From NCBI RefSeq assembly GCF_009914755.1, contig NC_060934.1: a DNA stretch of 64,000 nt; one strand, 5' to 3'. Below, in pieces: positions 25,401 to 38,735 of the stretch. Below the pieces are notes generated by a model. The model was not told where the DNA came from and did no database searches. It saw nothing but the letters and a program-made list of their open reading frames with translations. Source of the DNA: the human T2T-CHM13v2.0 reference genome, Homo sapiens. The translations under genes were made by a program, and so were the position numbers. How positions within the stretch are numbered: position 1 is the first letter of the stretch; each line of letters opens with the position of its first letter.

Positions 25401-26828
25401 ATTTCTGGACAAGCCTCTAGCTAGTTATTGTTTGGTGACTTTACCTAGGTAATTGGCTCCATTGTCTCTCCCCAACCCTAGATGTCACTCAGCTGCACCT
25501 CCTCTCTTTCCTCTTGGTGGGGGAAGATTTCTAAAAACTGCTTCTTGGGCTGCAGGTCAACGGACATCAGCCAAGAGACAGTTTTCCTCCGCTTTGCCTC
25601 CCTGCATCTCCCACCAGCTGCTGCACTTTGATCCAACCATCTGCAAACCTACCCAGGACACATGGGGCTCCTAACCCTGTACTGTCACATAGCAGGTGCT
25701 AGTTTTGTTCTGTTTTTAACATGGGCTCATGCTTAGAAGCAACTTCAGCATGGGTGAGTAGAAAGCCATGGGCTTTGGAAGCAGAATGACCTAGAATGGA
25801 GTCCATTGCTTGCCATCTTTTTCACCTTAACCTCCATTAGCAAACTGTTGACAACAGTAGCTGAACCCTTAGATTAAGTGAGCTATTCTGGAAGGTTCTG
25901 GCACACAACAGGCAGCATTCATGCTAGTTCACCACTTAGCCTCTAGTTTCTCTGGGGTAAGGGCCGTATTCAGAGTTTTCAGAACTTCTAGCCCTTCCAG
26001 GGCAGCATGAGGCGGTGTGGTCAGTGAGAGGAACCCCATGGGTTTGAGACTCTGCTTGCCAATTCTGTGATCTTGGTCATGGCCCCAATGTCTCTGGACC
26101 TATGTCTTCCAGGGGCCATCAGGGACATAGAGACGTCATCCCAGGCCTGCCTGCCCAGCTTAGCTGATCAGGCTGCCATGAATTCTGGGTAGTTACGCAT
26201 GAAAACAGGTTCTATCAACGTTAAAGGCGAGTCCTAACTCCAACCCAAATTAGTGCCTCAGGACAGCTAAGGAAGGAAGGAAATGAAGGTCCCTGAATCC
26301 AGCTTATGTGTGGGCTGTTAAAGGAACCGGAATGCTTACCCAAGGCAGAGGACAGAACCAATGAGATTTGTACTTGAAATAGACAAGACTTTTCTGACCA
26401 TTAGAGCTGCCTAAAGAAGAGCCAGGCTGTCCCAGTGAGGAATGCATGTTCCATGGCTGCTGGGGCTATTGAGGTAGACACCAGATGAACCTTTCTCATG
26501 GGGTCACAGCAGAGTCTCAGGTTCTGGAGGATTTTGTACAGTGCAGAAAGTCCTCCCCGGGCAGCAGCTGGAATCATGTGGGGAACTTGTCAATCCCACT
26601 GACGCCAGGGCCACCCCAGACCAACTGAACCAGAATAAGAAGTATGAGCTCTACTCTGGCCCCATCTAATCTTGCTCCAAATGGAGCTCAGAACCTTCCA
26701 ATGGTTTCCCATTGTACTTAGGACAAAGATTATATCCTTACCAAGGTCTCAAGTCCTCTTGTGGTTCGCTCTCTGCCAGCCTCTTTAACCGCATCTTGTC
26801 CCTCTCACTCACTCACAAGTAAGTGTTC

Positions 26829-27199
26829 TGCTACAGCCTGAATGTTCATGTCACCCCAAAATTCCCAAGTTGAAATCCTCACCTCCAAGGGGATGCTATT
26901 AGGAGGCAGGGCCTTCGGGAGATGCTTAGATCCTGAGGGTGGAATCTTCATGAATGGGATTAGTGCCCTGAAAAAGGAGACACCAGAGAGCTCCCTTGTC
27001 CCCTTCTGCCATGTGAAGACACTAAAATGGTCATTTATATACTGGGCATTAGGACCTCACCAGACACCAAGTCTGCCAGTTCCTTGATCTTGGACTTCCT
27101 TTGATCTTAGACTCCAGGACTGTGAGAAATACATTTCTGTTGTTTTTAAGCCATCCAGTTTTAGATATTTCATTATAGCAATGCAAATAGATTAAGTCA
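26829..27199 (+). mobile_element. ERVL-MaLR solo LTR (MLT1A0-like)
   Basis: TG...CA ends; CTGAATGTTCATGTCACCCCAAAATTC...ATGAATGGGATTAGTGCCCT...GATCTTGGACTTCC...ACTGTGAGAAATACATTTCTGTTG. Confidence 0.85.
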
Positions 27200-27529
27200 C
27201 AGTCCAACTGCTTAGTGCCATGGACTTATCAGAAGTACCCCTAACACATTCACTGTGCCTTTTGACTATTCTTGGTTATTATTTTTTTACTTTGATTAAA
27301 AACATAGGTGCACTTGTTACTTACTTCAGGTGTTGTCTAGGACCAGGGGCAGCCAATTATCCCATTACAGAAACCACGTACTTGGAATACTGATTGTGCT
27401 TCAGAATAATCCAATTCCATTCACCTGAGTAAAGTAAAAGACTTTATATTCCTGTTAAGATCAGGCATACGAAATGACTGAGTTCTTATTCCGGGAGAGG
27501 CTAGCTTGGGTGGCTAGTGGATGGAAATT

Positions 27530-28030
27530 CTACCCACTGAGATCAAGAACTGGGGGGTGGGAATGATGGGTCCATTTGGAGATACGTTGAGTCTGAGGTG
27601 GGTGAGTCCAGGGGATAGTTGGTTGATGGCTTTAAAGGAGGGACAGTTGTAGGATGGGGAGGAAGATTTGGGAATCATCTAGATTTAGGAGGTGGTTGAA
27701 GCCATCCAAGTGAAGAAATTACCCAGGAACTGTGTGTTGATTGAGAGAGACTCAGAGAACCTCTGATGGGGCAGGTGGAGAGAGAACAGGGAGACTGAGA
27801 AGATGCAGAGAGATGAGCAGTGAGAACTAGAAGGAGCAGGGCCACAGGAACCCAGGTTGGAAAAGCTTCAAGACTGAAAATGGGGCAGAAAGCATCAGTA
27901 AGGTGAGGCCACCTCGATGATGTTGGACAGCGGAGTGAAGACAGTGGGGACTATGGGACTGTGTCAGGTGTGGTTTGGGCAGCAGCGTGGTGGTGAAAGT
28001 CAGCACAGAAGACAGGAACATGAGTGAGAG
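27530..28030 (-). mobile_element. L2 LINE fragment
   Basis: Purine-rich L2-like motifs GTTGAGTCTGAGGTG...GATTTGGGAATCATC...GGTGGTTGAAGCCAT. Confidence 0.6.
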
Positions 28031-28287
28031 ATGAGGAAGGACCTCATCTCCCATTGGATGGATAAAAACTGGCTGCTCCTCTCTGCACACTAAACGAAGT
28101 GAAAAAGAAAAAGAAAGACAAATGTTTCTATTTTTCCAGCCCCTCACTGGCCCGGAGGCCTCTTCTTCCAGCCTCATAGATTGTATGTGTGTGTCTGTGT
28201 GCCTGTGTGTGTGTTGTGTTTAAGTCACTTTGCTTTCAGATTCTTGCCTTAAAACTATTTAAAACAGGGGGAAAAAGTAATGCATCC

Positions 28288-28648
28288 TGTATCAGTCAGG
28301 GTTTTCCAGAGAAATAGAACCAATATATATTAAGAAATGTATTTTAAGGAATTGGCTCATGTGATTCTGGGGGCGGCAAGTGTGAAACTTAGGCTGGAAA
28401 CCCAGGCAGGAGTTAATGCAGTTGTCTTGAAATAGAATTTCTTCTTCTCTGGGAAACCTCAGTTTCAACGGATTGGAGGAGACTTTGCCCCATTATTGAG
28501 GATAACAGTCTTTCTGATTTAAAGTCAACTGAGAGTATATGCTAACCGCATCTACAAAACACCTTCACAGTGACACCTAGATTCTTGTTTGATTAAACAA
28601 CTGGCTACTATCGCCTAGCCAAGTTAATGCATAAAACTAAACATCATA
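28288..28648 (-). mobile_element. ERVL solo LTR (MLT2D-like)
   Basis: TGTATCAGTCAGGGTTTTCCAGAGAAATAGAACCAAT...AAGGAATTGGCTCATGTGATT...CCTAGCCAAGTTAA; 5-bp TSD CATCC/CATTC. Confidence 0.8.
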
Positions 28649-29672
28649 CATTCCAAATCATGCAAACTGCTAATTTCCTGCCTAAGCTTTATCACTGACG
28701 GTCTCATTTCTGTTTAACAAGATGAGAACAAGAAGATGGAAAATGGAACAAGAAGAACCTGGGGTGGGGTTCCTCCTCTGGCCCCTCAATAAGTCATGGG
28801 ATAGCAGCGGTGGCTGCAATAACCGTCCTTTCTAAGTCAATGTTCAGCTCTTTCAAAGAATTCACCTCCCATGGCCTATAAGGCACAAGGAAACCTCTTA
28901 TTTACCCAACAGTTACAGTCTCGAAGTGACTTTCTCCACGACGTGTTAGCAAGCAGGCACCTTCTCAGTGACAAACATCGGGGAGCTGATAAAACGCTCC
29001 CTCCCACGCTCGGCTCTCGTGGTGGATTGAACAACACTAAATTGGTTCAGAGTACTTGTTGGTATTTCCCCATCTTTTTTTAATGTCAACCTATTAGCAG
29101 CTCGAAGGGATGTCCCTTGAGGGCCACACATGTATTATCACAATGGAAGTGAGACGCCACTGAGACGCCCACACAGCTGCCTCTAGAAGATGTTCTTCCT
29201 TCCAACTGAACCTGGCCACTCGGGAGTGAACCAGACAGCAGGACCGGCTCCCCCTTGTGTGGGTTACTGGCTTCAGATCAGGTGGAGCAGGTGGAGGGGC
29301 TGCAGGGGGTTCCTTGGGATTCCTGTTTGCCCACACCTCACCAGTGGGCTTGCTGCCTTTACCTCTATGCAGCCGTTCTTCTTTTCCTGGCTTTTAAAAT
29401 CAGTAGGTCCCCAGTGAGCAGCCCCCACAAGAGGTGTGGTTGCAAGTCTACCTGGGACGTGGATCTGAATTTCTTGATCTGACCTACTGGAAAGACCCAG
29501 TGGCTTATGGGAAAATGATCAGCCTTGGGCAGTTAAGGGCCCCCCTGGCTGATTCCCACAGTTGTTAAGCAAACATAATTTACCTACTTTTTCCTCTTTG
29601 GTACTCTCATTTCAGTGTTACAAGAAAAGAGTAGCACCTCTGATCCTGTTGCAATAAAAAGTTTGAGATTAG

Positions 29673-29966
29673 GGCTGGACACAGTGGCTCAGGTCTATAA
29701 TCCCAACACTTTGGGAGGCTGAGGCAGGCAGATTGCTTGAGCCCAGGAGATCGAGACCAGCCTGGGCAACATGGTGATACCCCGTCTCTACAAAAAAATA
29801 CAAAAATTAGCTAGGCGTGGTGGCATGCACCTATAGTCTCTGCTACTCAAGAGGCTGAGGCAGGAGGATACCTTGAGCCTGGGAGGTAGAGGTTGCAAAG
29901 AGCCATGTTTGCACCACTGCACTCTGACTTAGGTGACAAATTGAGACCCTGTCTTAGAAAAAAAAA
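29673..29966 (+). mobile_element. Alu (AluJ-like)
   Basis: Full dimer with the J-type GATTGCTTGAGCCCAGGAG and an A tail. Confidence 0.93.
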
Positions 29967-30008
29967 TTTTTTTTGGTATTACTGAGATAAAATGTGGATC
30001 CATTAGAC

Positions 30009-30458
30009 CAGGGATTCCTATCTGGGGATCCACAGACATTTTGGGATTTATTAATTTGGATGGTGAAAAAACATTTCTTTGTTTTCACTAACCTGAAATG
30101 TAGCATTCCTTCAATCATGAATGTGACACTCAAAAGTAGTATTAGCAGTGCCTATGACTTTGTCACTAATAATAATCATAGATATTTTAATATCACATTA
30201 CAGTTGCAGAATTCTAAAAATAGCATTTCTGCTCATCACTTCAAAATTACAGCAATATGAGTTGGTTGTCAGATCTTGTGTTGAATGCATTAATAATGAA
30301 GCACACATATTAATATATGACACATTCGTTTACTAAAATATTCTTGTAATTGCACTTTAAGGTAGTGGGTTTCCTTTCTAATCCTATATACATTGTTTTG
30401 TGCATTGTAAAATATGTTTTTGAGGAATCCATGACAGAGAAGAGATTCCGAACCTCTG
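30009..30458 (-). mobile_element. hAT-Charlie DNA transposon (Charlie4a/MER80-like), opposite orientation to the 20465 copy
   Basis: TTTTCACTAACC...TGACTTTGTCAC...ATATCACATTACAGTTGCAGA are reverse complements of motifs in 20465-21271. Confidence 0.7.
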
Positions 30459-30763
30459 CACTGGGTCAATGGTTTTCAAACTGCAAGAATAATCTGAGCA
30501 GTCATGGGTCATAAAATCAACTAGCAGGTTGTGACAGCCCTTTTAATTTAGGAAAAAACATGAATAAAATAGAAAACATCAGAGTACATCATGTACTAAA
30601 GATACATCAAATCTTTATCATTGTGTGGTAAGTGTGTACCAGTTGAAATGTTTAAAAATCATGAGCCTAGACAGCAAGGGTTGTAAAGACAGGAATCATG
30701 TCTATATTTTGCTCATCATTGCCTATCTCTGTAGTACTTAGAACAGTGCTTGAAGGTAGTATG

Positions 30764-31318
30764 TGTATTTGACTTCTCCAGAAAGATAGAATCAATAGAA
30801 AATATAGACATATGAGAGGAGATTTATCAGGAGAATTGGCTCAGGCGATTATGGAGAGGTCCCACAATAGACCATCTGCAAGCTGGAGACCCATGGATGC
30901 CACTAGTGTGGCTCAGTCCAAGTTCGAAGGCCTCAGAACCAGGAAAGCTGATGGTGTCACTCTCAGTTCATGGACAAAAGCCTGAGAACCCAGGGAGGGC
31001 TGGTGTAAGTCCTGGAGCCCAAAGGCCGAGGAGCCCAGAGTTCTGATGTCCAACGGCAGGAGAAGAAGGGTTTCCCAGCCCCAGGAGAGAGAGAGAGAGA
31101 AAGAATCCACCATTCCTCTGCCTTTTTTTCTTTCCGGGCCTCCAGATGACTGGATGGTGCCTACCCACATTGACGGTTGATCTTCCCCACTCAATCCACT
31201 GACTCACACACCAATCTCCTCTGGAAACACTCTCACAGATCCACCTAAAATTAATGCTTTACCAGTTCTCTAGGTATGCCTTAATCCAAACAAGTTGACA
31301 CCTAAAATTAACCATCGT
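30764..31318 (-). mobile_element. ERVL solo LTR (MLT2B-like) inserted in an L2 tail
   Basis: GAATTGGCTCA...CCATCTGCAAGCTGGAGACCC...GGCTCAGTCCAAGTTCGAAGGCCTCAGAACCAGG...CAAGTTGACACCTAAAATTAACCATC. Confidence 0.85.
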
Positions 31319-32137
31319 GATCGGTGCTCAAATATCTGTAGACTAGAGAAATGAAAAACCAAAGGGTAATACCCATATGTTACATTTCTCCATCAAAAAT
31401 GGTTATAAAGCCATTCAAGAAAGATTCTTTGAGTACTTACTGTGGGCTGGGGGATGCGCCTGGCAATAGAATTTCAATAGCGAAGAGTCTCAGTTTATCC
31501 TCATGAAGCTTTCAGTCTAGCAGAATAAACAACTTCATTCAGTTTGGGCCAAAAAACAACAACAACTACAACAACAACAACAGAAACCACCAAAACTGTG
31601 AGTCTAAGGTGTTAAACACATATTTTCTGGGTACATTCTGTTTACAAAGACACTGAGGGGGGCTTGAAGATGCAGGTCATGTGGCCTTTTATGTGGAGGA
31701 GCCCATGGACCCTGATGAGAGAGCAACCAGGTTCCCATGCGGCCAAAATGCAAGGCAGAGAAAGCCAAGGGTCACAGAGGAAGTCCAGCAAGAAGCAGCA
31801 CTCAGCAGCTACCAGAGAAATTCCAACAAGCACATATCTTAGGACAATCATCACCCTCTTGTACAATATGAGAATTGCTGACTGTTTTAACAGCAGTCAT
31901 CCCCTCCTGGCTCAGATGCTACTGTCATCTGGCTGTCCAGCTCCATCTTTCCCTTTTTAGTCCAAATATTAAACATTTCTTACTTTTTGTACATTCAAAA
32001 TATCTACACTTGTCTAGACATTTTGTATTTCATTAACTCATTTCTTTTTATACCTCATACCTTCTTCCTGGGGTTAGTTTCCTTCTTCTTGAAATATATT
32101 CACTAGAAGTTCCTCAGTGGGGATATTTTGGTGGTAA

Positions 32138-32667
32138 CAGGGTCAGGACTAGAGTGAGGCACCTGGGAGGTAAAATTAAAGTAAATGTGTCTGTATTAGT
32201 CTGTTCTCATGCTGCTGATAAAGACATACCCAAGACTGGGTAATTTATAAAGGAAAGAGGTTTAATTGACTCACAGTTCCATATGGCTGGGGAGGCCTCA
32301 CAATCATGGTGGAAGATGAAGAAAGAGCAAAAGCACATCTCACACGGCGGCAGGCAAGAGAAAGCTTCTGCAGGGAAACTCTGCCTGATAAAACCATCAG
32401 ATCATGAGACTTATTCACTAACACAAGAGCAGCATGGGAAAGATCTGTCCCCATGATTCAAACACCTCCCACTGGGTCCCTCCCATGACACATGGGAATT
32501 GTGGGAGCTACAATTCAAGATGGGATTTGGGTGGGGACACAGTCAAACCATATCAGTGTTAACCCTCACTCTCAGGCACTAACCCTGAACTTCACATCAC
32601 TGAGAATGAGTCCTTCTCAAATTTTATGTTCCTGGCACCTCACTTGCCTCACCTAGTTCCAGCCCTG
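32138..32667 (+). mobile_element. hAT-Tip100 MITE (MER96-like), split by a THE1 LTR
   Basis: TIRs CAGGGTCAGGACTAG / CTAGTTCCAGCCCTG with a perfect 8-bp TSD GGTGGTAA (32130-32137, 32668-32675). Confidence 0.85.
32192..32555 (-). mobile_element. THE1 (THE1B/C-like) MaLR solo LTR
   Basis: TGTATTAGTCTGTTCTCATGCTGCTGATAAAGACATACCCAAGACTGGGTAATTTAT...GGGGACACAGTCAAACCATATCA; TSD GTGTC/GTGTT. Confidence 0.93.
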
Positions 32668-34113
32668 GGTGGTAAATGTTCTGTTTTTATCTAAATGTAG
32701 GTAATTCACTTTTATTCTTGAAAGCCAGTTTCACTGGCTGTACAAGGTTAACGTTCTTTTATTTATCCAAAGATGTTTTTCCACCATCTTCTGGTTTCCA
32801 AAGATGATGGAATAATATTTTTGCTGCTATTGAGAAATCTGCTCCCAGTATAACCATTTTTTTCTTTTGTTAGTAATTTGTCTCTTCTTTCAGGCTGCTT
32901 TAAGCCATTCTATTTGTCTTTGGTGTTGAGGTTTAACTGTCACACATCTAGAAGTGGATTCTTTTTAGCAGACCAGCTTAAAGGATTTAGGAAGTCAGAT
33001 TTTTTTCCTCCCATTATTTGCAGAAAATGTTCAGCAGTAATCTCACTGAGTATCATTTTTTCCCCACTCTTGCCATGATCTCCTTTGAACTTCAAAACCT
33101 ATCTATTGACTAGCCTTACTTTACCTTCTACACATCTTAATTTCTCCTTTATATATTTTTTTATCTCTTTTTGTCCCTCTGATGGTTTCTGGGTAAATCC
33201 TTCAGATCTATCCTCCATTTCACAGTGATCTCTTCTGCTATGTCAATTCTGATCTTAAACTTCTCCATTACGATCTTAATTCCTATAATTATATTTTCAA
33301 TTTTCAAAACTTACTCTTGCTTCTGGTCATTTTTTATAGTCTCTTGTACCTTACTTATGTTAACAGTGCCTTCTGTATATACTTACTGTATATTCTGGAA
33401 TTCATACTTTCATTATTAAGTGTCATCGTAGCTCTGTTCTGTTATATGTTGTTTGGTCTGACTCTGGCTCAAAGGGCTTGTCGTCTTGCTATTTTGTAAT
33501 TATTGTAAACAGGGGACTCAAACTTACTGGCAGTCTTTTTCTGGGAGTTCTGAGTAACCGCATAGTGTGTCCTTCCTGGGAGGACTTGTGTTTGTTCCTG
33601 CCAAGCTCTTAGGGGGCACTGAGGACCTGGGTGCACTGTAAATGAAATGTTCTCCCTTAGGTCTCTTGAATTACACCAATGATGTAACTTCTCCAAGGGT
33701 CAACTTCTGGTAACAATATTTTAGGGGAGGCTTTAAAAAAGATAGTCCCTCTTGGAGCCAAGTATGAAGTAGATGGGTTTCCATGGCGTTCAATGCTATT
33801 GGGCAGGTTTTCTCCTAGTTCATACATGATCTCATAGCATGACTTTACTGAGTCCAGTCTTTAAGCAGGAACATCCCAGTCTGGGCCCCTGCCCTGCACA
33901 GAGCACAGAAGCTCTGGGCCACGTGGAGCAGCAGGTGACCCGAGTGAGTGGCAGCAGTGATGCTGTGCTCTGTTATCTGCCTGGTCTCCAGCTCCCACCC
34001 TATACCTAGCCTCAGGAACTGTCTGCTACTACAAAAGGTTCAAGAGCTTTGAAACTGAGTTGGGGACATAACTAAGAGCTAATCTGTCACCTGTGCCTAT
34101 ATTTCTGGGCACA

Positions 34114-35170
34114 ATTCATTTAGTCCATAAAAATTTATCAAGCACTTGTGATGCACAGTTACATGTTCTAGACACAAATGAATCTATCAGTGAACAAACC
34201 TGAGAAAAATCCCTGTGATTATAGAGCTTACTTTCTAAAAGGAGGAGAAAGACAAAATGAATGGAGAAATTACATAGGAAGTTATAAAGCAAGAAATATG
34301 TTAGAAAAAAACTCAACCAAAGAAGGGATTTGAGACTGCTGAGGGCACATATTTCAAAAGGTGCTTAAGAAAGACCTCTTTGAAAAGATGTCATTTAAGC
34401 AAAAACCTGTGAGGCAATGAGCCATGCTAATGTCTGGGAAGAGAAAACAGCACTTGCAAAGGCCCTGAGGTTGGAGTGGGTTTGGCATCCTTGAGGCTGG
34501 AGTGGAGAAGCGAGGGAGTGTGGAATGAGGGCAGGAAGCTGGGGAGGTCAGAGGATGCCAGACCATGAAGCCCCTGTGGACCATGGCAAGAACTCACGTT
34601 TTCCTCTGCATGAGATGAGAACCCCTGGAGAGATTGGGGCATAAGAGTGACATGGTATGACTTAGATTTAATGGGATTCCTCTGGCTGTTGGGTTGGGAA
34701 TAGATGAAGGTAGAGTGGAAACAGGGGGAGAGGTCAGGGGAAGCCAAGGTCTTGACTAAAGTTGATGGAAGCTCAAAGCAAGGTGGTATTTCTCAATGGG
34801 ACTCTGGGTCTATTTGGGAAGAAGTACCAAGGGAAGGAGCTAAGGAATTGGCTTGGGGTATGAGAGAAAGAGCCAAGTCAAGTAGAACAGCTCTAGGGTT
34901 TTTGCCGAAACAGAGGAAGGATGGAATTGCCACCCACATAATGCGGGGAAAACTGCGGGAGGAACAGACTGGGTGAGGAGAAGTCTGGGCTCAGCTTGTT
35001 GAGTTTCAGATACACAAAGGACAGTTAAGTGGGCCTGTCCAGGAAGCAGATGGATGGGCAGGTCTGAGGTCAGAAGAGTGGCCTGGGCACAGGACAAATT
35101 TTGAAGTTATCAATGTTGTGAGATCAAGTAGAGTTAGAGAGAAAAGGTCTAAGGTCTGAGTCCTGACCTC
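34114..35170 (-). mobile_element. L2a-like LINE, ~1 kb 3' portion
   Basis: ATTCATTTAGTCCATAAAAATTTATCAAGCAC start; ACAGCACTTGCAAAGGCCCTGAGG; GAGTGACATGGTATGACTTAGATTTTAA. Confidence 0.8.
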
Positions 35171-37099
35171 CCGACTCCACACCCACTTGCAACAAGAGCT
35201 TTGAGTGCCTAATGCAATAATAGTACCTGGACATGGGTATAGTCTTTTAAAATAATGCAAAGTTCTTTTGCAACTACTATTTTGGCAGACACCACGCGAA
35301 TACTTTTTGTGTGGCCGATTATAAAAAGCTTCACAATCCAGTCCTAACCCATCTTCCCAGCCTTGCTGAGTCCCCCTAGCCAGCCCGATTTCTGTCTAGT
35401 TCTGATCAGGCCATTTCCACGTGCTCCTCCTTCTCTTGGCAAACTCTCTTTCCTCTCCTGAAAGAGCTCTTCCCATTTCACCGATTGGCAAGTGATGTTT
35501 TGTTGAGAAGTAGATCACCAGGCACCTCCTGGATGAGCTGAACTGCAGGGGCTGAGGGTATCAGGAGACAAATTCAACCTAGGCTAGGACAAGAGTGGCA
35601 GGGAGGCATTACTGGCTTAAGTAACCAAACCACAGATAGAAAGGAGAGGTACCTGGCCAGGTGACAGATCATATGGCTATCAACACTGACCAGGGGGTGG
35701 GCACTATGGGAAGACAGATGTCCCATTCTCTTTGTGGCTAGAAGGAGCCAGCCTTGGCAGAAAGGAAGCTAAGCAGGTCTCTCCAAAAAGCCCAAGACTT
35801 TCCTGAGATCTGGGCATGGAGGTGGCTCTGTTCGTGGCTCTATAGCACTTTGCAGCATTAGGCACCACGTGCTCCAATTCCTGGTTTACTTATCTGCTTC
35901 CCCACTTAGACTGTAAGCTTCTTGCAGAAAAGGACCGCATTTTGTTCAGCAGCATGTGGACTAGTGCCTAGCAAGGAACAGGTGCTCAGTATAAAGGTTT
36001 ACAGAGAAACAACAGAAATAGATTCCTAGATAGAGAATGTATGCTGGAGACATTCATACTACAGACACACAGATATTGCCTCAATTTAACTTCCTCTCCC
36101 AAACAAGTCAGAGGGATTCCAACATCAAGAGGAATGCCTTGCACCTGACAGCACTAAGACCAAGCTCCATGAGACCCAGGTCATATCTCCTACTTTGCTT
36201 TTGCTACAGCCCAAGCATTTGCACCCAAGCCATTTGCATTCACATAACTGAAGTTGTGATGCAGTCTAGCCTCTGAGCTTAAAAGTTAGCAGATGCCAGC
36301 CACCAAGTGGCCCCAGCCAGCCTTCAACAGTGAGGTCCCATTCACAGGAGGATTTGTGGTCAGCCAGCCTGGTTCAGGCTGTTCTGGAGATTTGTCCTGC
36401 GTTAACCCCAGGGACATGTGGTGGCGTTTCACTGTGATTCCCAGGGGTACACCGTTTCTCATAAGACAGGACCGACTATGCACATGTCTGGATACACACC
36501 TGCACACACACACCACACACACCACACACCACACACCACCTATCTGTGATCTCACAGAAGAGCCCCTGACTGTCCCTTGACTGCAAAGGAAAGGTGCCGA
36601 GACTTCAGAAGCTCAGTCTGTCTCCATCCTAGGCTCTATGGAAACCTTGAAACCAGACATGACTAGGCCAAGCTGAGTTATTTGTCTCCTAAATAAGGAG
36701 CTACATCAGAGATCAGCCCCTGGGGCTATGAGTTAATAAGAGAAGAACTTTTCAAATAGACATGCACAACACTTCTCTGCCTTTAAATACTGGGGCCGTG
36801 TAGACTAGGGACAGTTCCTTCACGGAGAACCAAATGTACTTCTATGTCACTATTGCCAGTGTTGGGCTGATGCCTGCAGAGGTAGGAATATCTATTAATA
36901 TTATAGGGCCACTCTTTGGTAATGATAATAAAAATAAAATAATTATAGCTACGACTAGTTGAGCACTTCCTATGTGCCAGGCAGTGGGTGAAAGGCTCTA
37001 CCTAAAATTATCCTCTGTAATCTACATAAAGCATTAATCTTTCTTTCTGTAAATATCCTCAGATTCCCAGATCCACTCATTTCTTCCCTCTGCTGAGAG

Positions 37100-37815
37100 T
37101 TCCCTGTGGTCTAGATGTTCTGGGGCTGCTGCTTTGGGCTTCTCTGCCCTATGCCCATTTGCCATTCTTCTGGTAACTGCACTTTGACTTTCTTCTGGGA
37201 AAGCTCTTCCCTACTCACTGGGTGGTATTGTTTAAGAGCTGACTCCATCCCAGCTCCATGGCTGGACATATGGCCAAGGTCTGGCTGACTGGCATCTTCC
37301 TTGGTCACGGTCATACTATTTCACAGCTGGACACTTGGCCCAACTCAATCCTGTGAAGAGCAACACCAGGATATTTGTAGAAGACATTTATAAACAGGCC
37401 TTGTGTTATACCAGAGTCAGTAAGCTAGCAAGATGTAAGTTTGGAATCGTAGGAACTTATTTAACTGTTGCTCTATAACAAGCTACCCCAAAACTCAGTG
37501 GCTTAAAGCAACAACTACATTATTAATTTCCATGATTTTGTGGCTTGGCTGGGATCAGCTGGGAGGTTCATCTGCTGTATGTGATGAGGGTTGGGCTGCA
37601 GCCATGCAGGGGCTCTCCTGGGTTGGAGTATCCAGACGACAGGTGAAGCAGGCTGTTGGCTGGGAGCTCAGGTGTGACTGCTGACAGGAGGTTCTCTGTT
37701 CTCTATGCAGCCTCCCCATGTGGCTTGGACTCCACAGTTTGGCCAATGAGCTCCAAGATCAAGCGTTCCAAAAGGTCAAGTCCCAGTATGCAAGCACTTA
37801 CCAAGCTCTGCTTGT
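37100..37815. mobile_element. Two abutting old MLT1-family LTR fragments (~37100-37460 +, ~37460-37815 -)
   Basis: Second piece has ATAACAAGCTACCCCAAAACTCAGTGGCTTAAAGCAACAAC, typical of reverse MLT1F-H. Confidence 0.6.
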
Positions 37816-38735
37816 CAGTTCAATAATGGTATGTAAATGAAATCATACAGTACGTAGCTTTGAGCTTGTCCTTTTCACTCACATAATGACCTTAAGGTCC
37901 ACCCAGGTTGCTGTGTGTACCAAGAGTTCATTCCTTCTTATTACTGAGTAGTATTCTATGGTTTGGATGGATCACAATTTTGCTATCCATTCACTTCTTA
38001 ATGAACATATTAGTTCTTTCCAGTTTGGGGCTATTATAAACAAAGCTTTTCTGAATATTCGTTCCTATACACCTCTTTGTTATCAACATACATTTTCATT
38101 TCTCCTGGATAAACACCTATAAGTAGAATTGCTGGATTATTTAGTAGGTTTATGTTTAACTTTTTAAAAAATGACCAAACTGTTTCACAGTGTTAGGCCA
38201 TTTTACATTCCCATCCGCAGTATAGGAAAATTCTAGCTCCTCTACAACCTCACTAACACTTGGTATGGTAAAGTTTTAAAAAATTGAAGTCATTCTCATA
38301 GTTGTTTTGCAGCATCTCAGTTGGTTTTAATTTGCATTTTCCTAATGACTAATGATGTTGACTATATTTTCATAGGCTTATTTACCTTCCATATATGTTC
38401 TGTGGTACAGCTTGCTCAAATTTTTTCCCCATTCTTTAATTGGGCTCTTTGTTTTCTTATTAATGAGTTTTGAGAGTTCTATAAGTTTTTTTTTATAAGA
38501 TATATCCTATGCAAAGATTCTCTCCCAGGAATAGATTATAGACCTAAATGTAAAATCTAAAGCCATAACACTTCTACAAGAAAACAGAGTTGAAAATGTT
38601 TGGGACTTCAGGTTAGGCAAATATTACTTAGCCGCAAAACCAAAGGCAGGTTTCACTAAGCAACAAATTGATAAACTGGACTTCATTAAAATTAAAAACT
38701 GTTCTTCAGAGGACAATTTTAAGGTAATAAAAAAA
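37816..38735 (-). mobile_element. L1M LINE 3' end with an inverted 5' segment (38530-38735 in + sense)
   Basis: Antisense 3' UTR/ORF2 end up to GCAAAGATTCTCTCCCA, then sense GACCTAAATGTAAAA...TTGATAAACTGGACTTCATTAAAATTAAAAACT. Confidence 0.8.

Larger units (their letters stand above)
31960..33620 (-). mobile_element. Ancient L1 (L1ME-like) fragment hosting nested insertions; boundaries approximate
   Basis: T-rich antisense L1 motifs (TTCTTGAAAGCCAGTTTCACTGG, TTGCTGCTATTGAGAAATCTGCT) continue on both sides of 32138-32667. Confidence 0.6.

Noticed and set aside
20465-30458. Two inverted Charlie-type copies as the ends of a ~10-kb composite transposon
   Set aside because: Each copy has its own two termini, they are highly diverged, and no shared TSD flanks the pair. 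Independent insertions are simpler.
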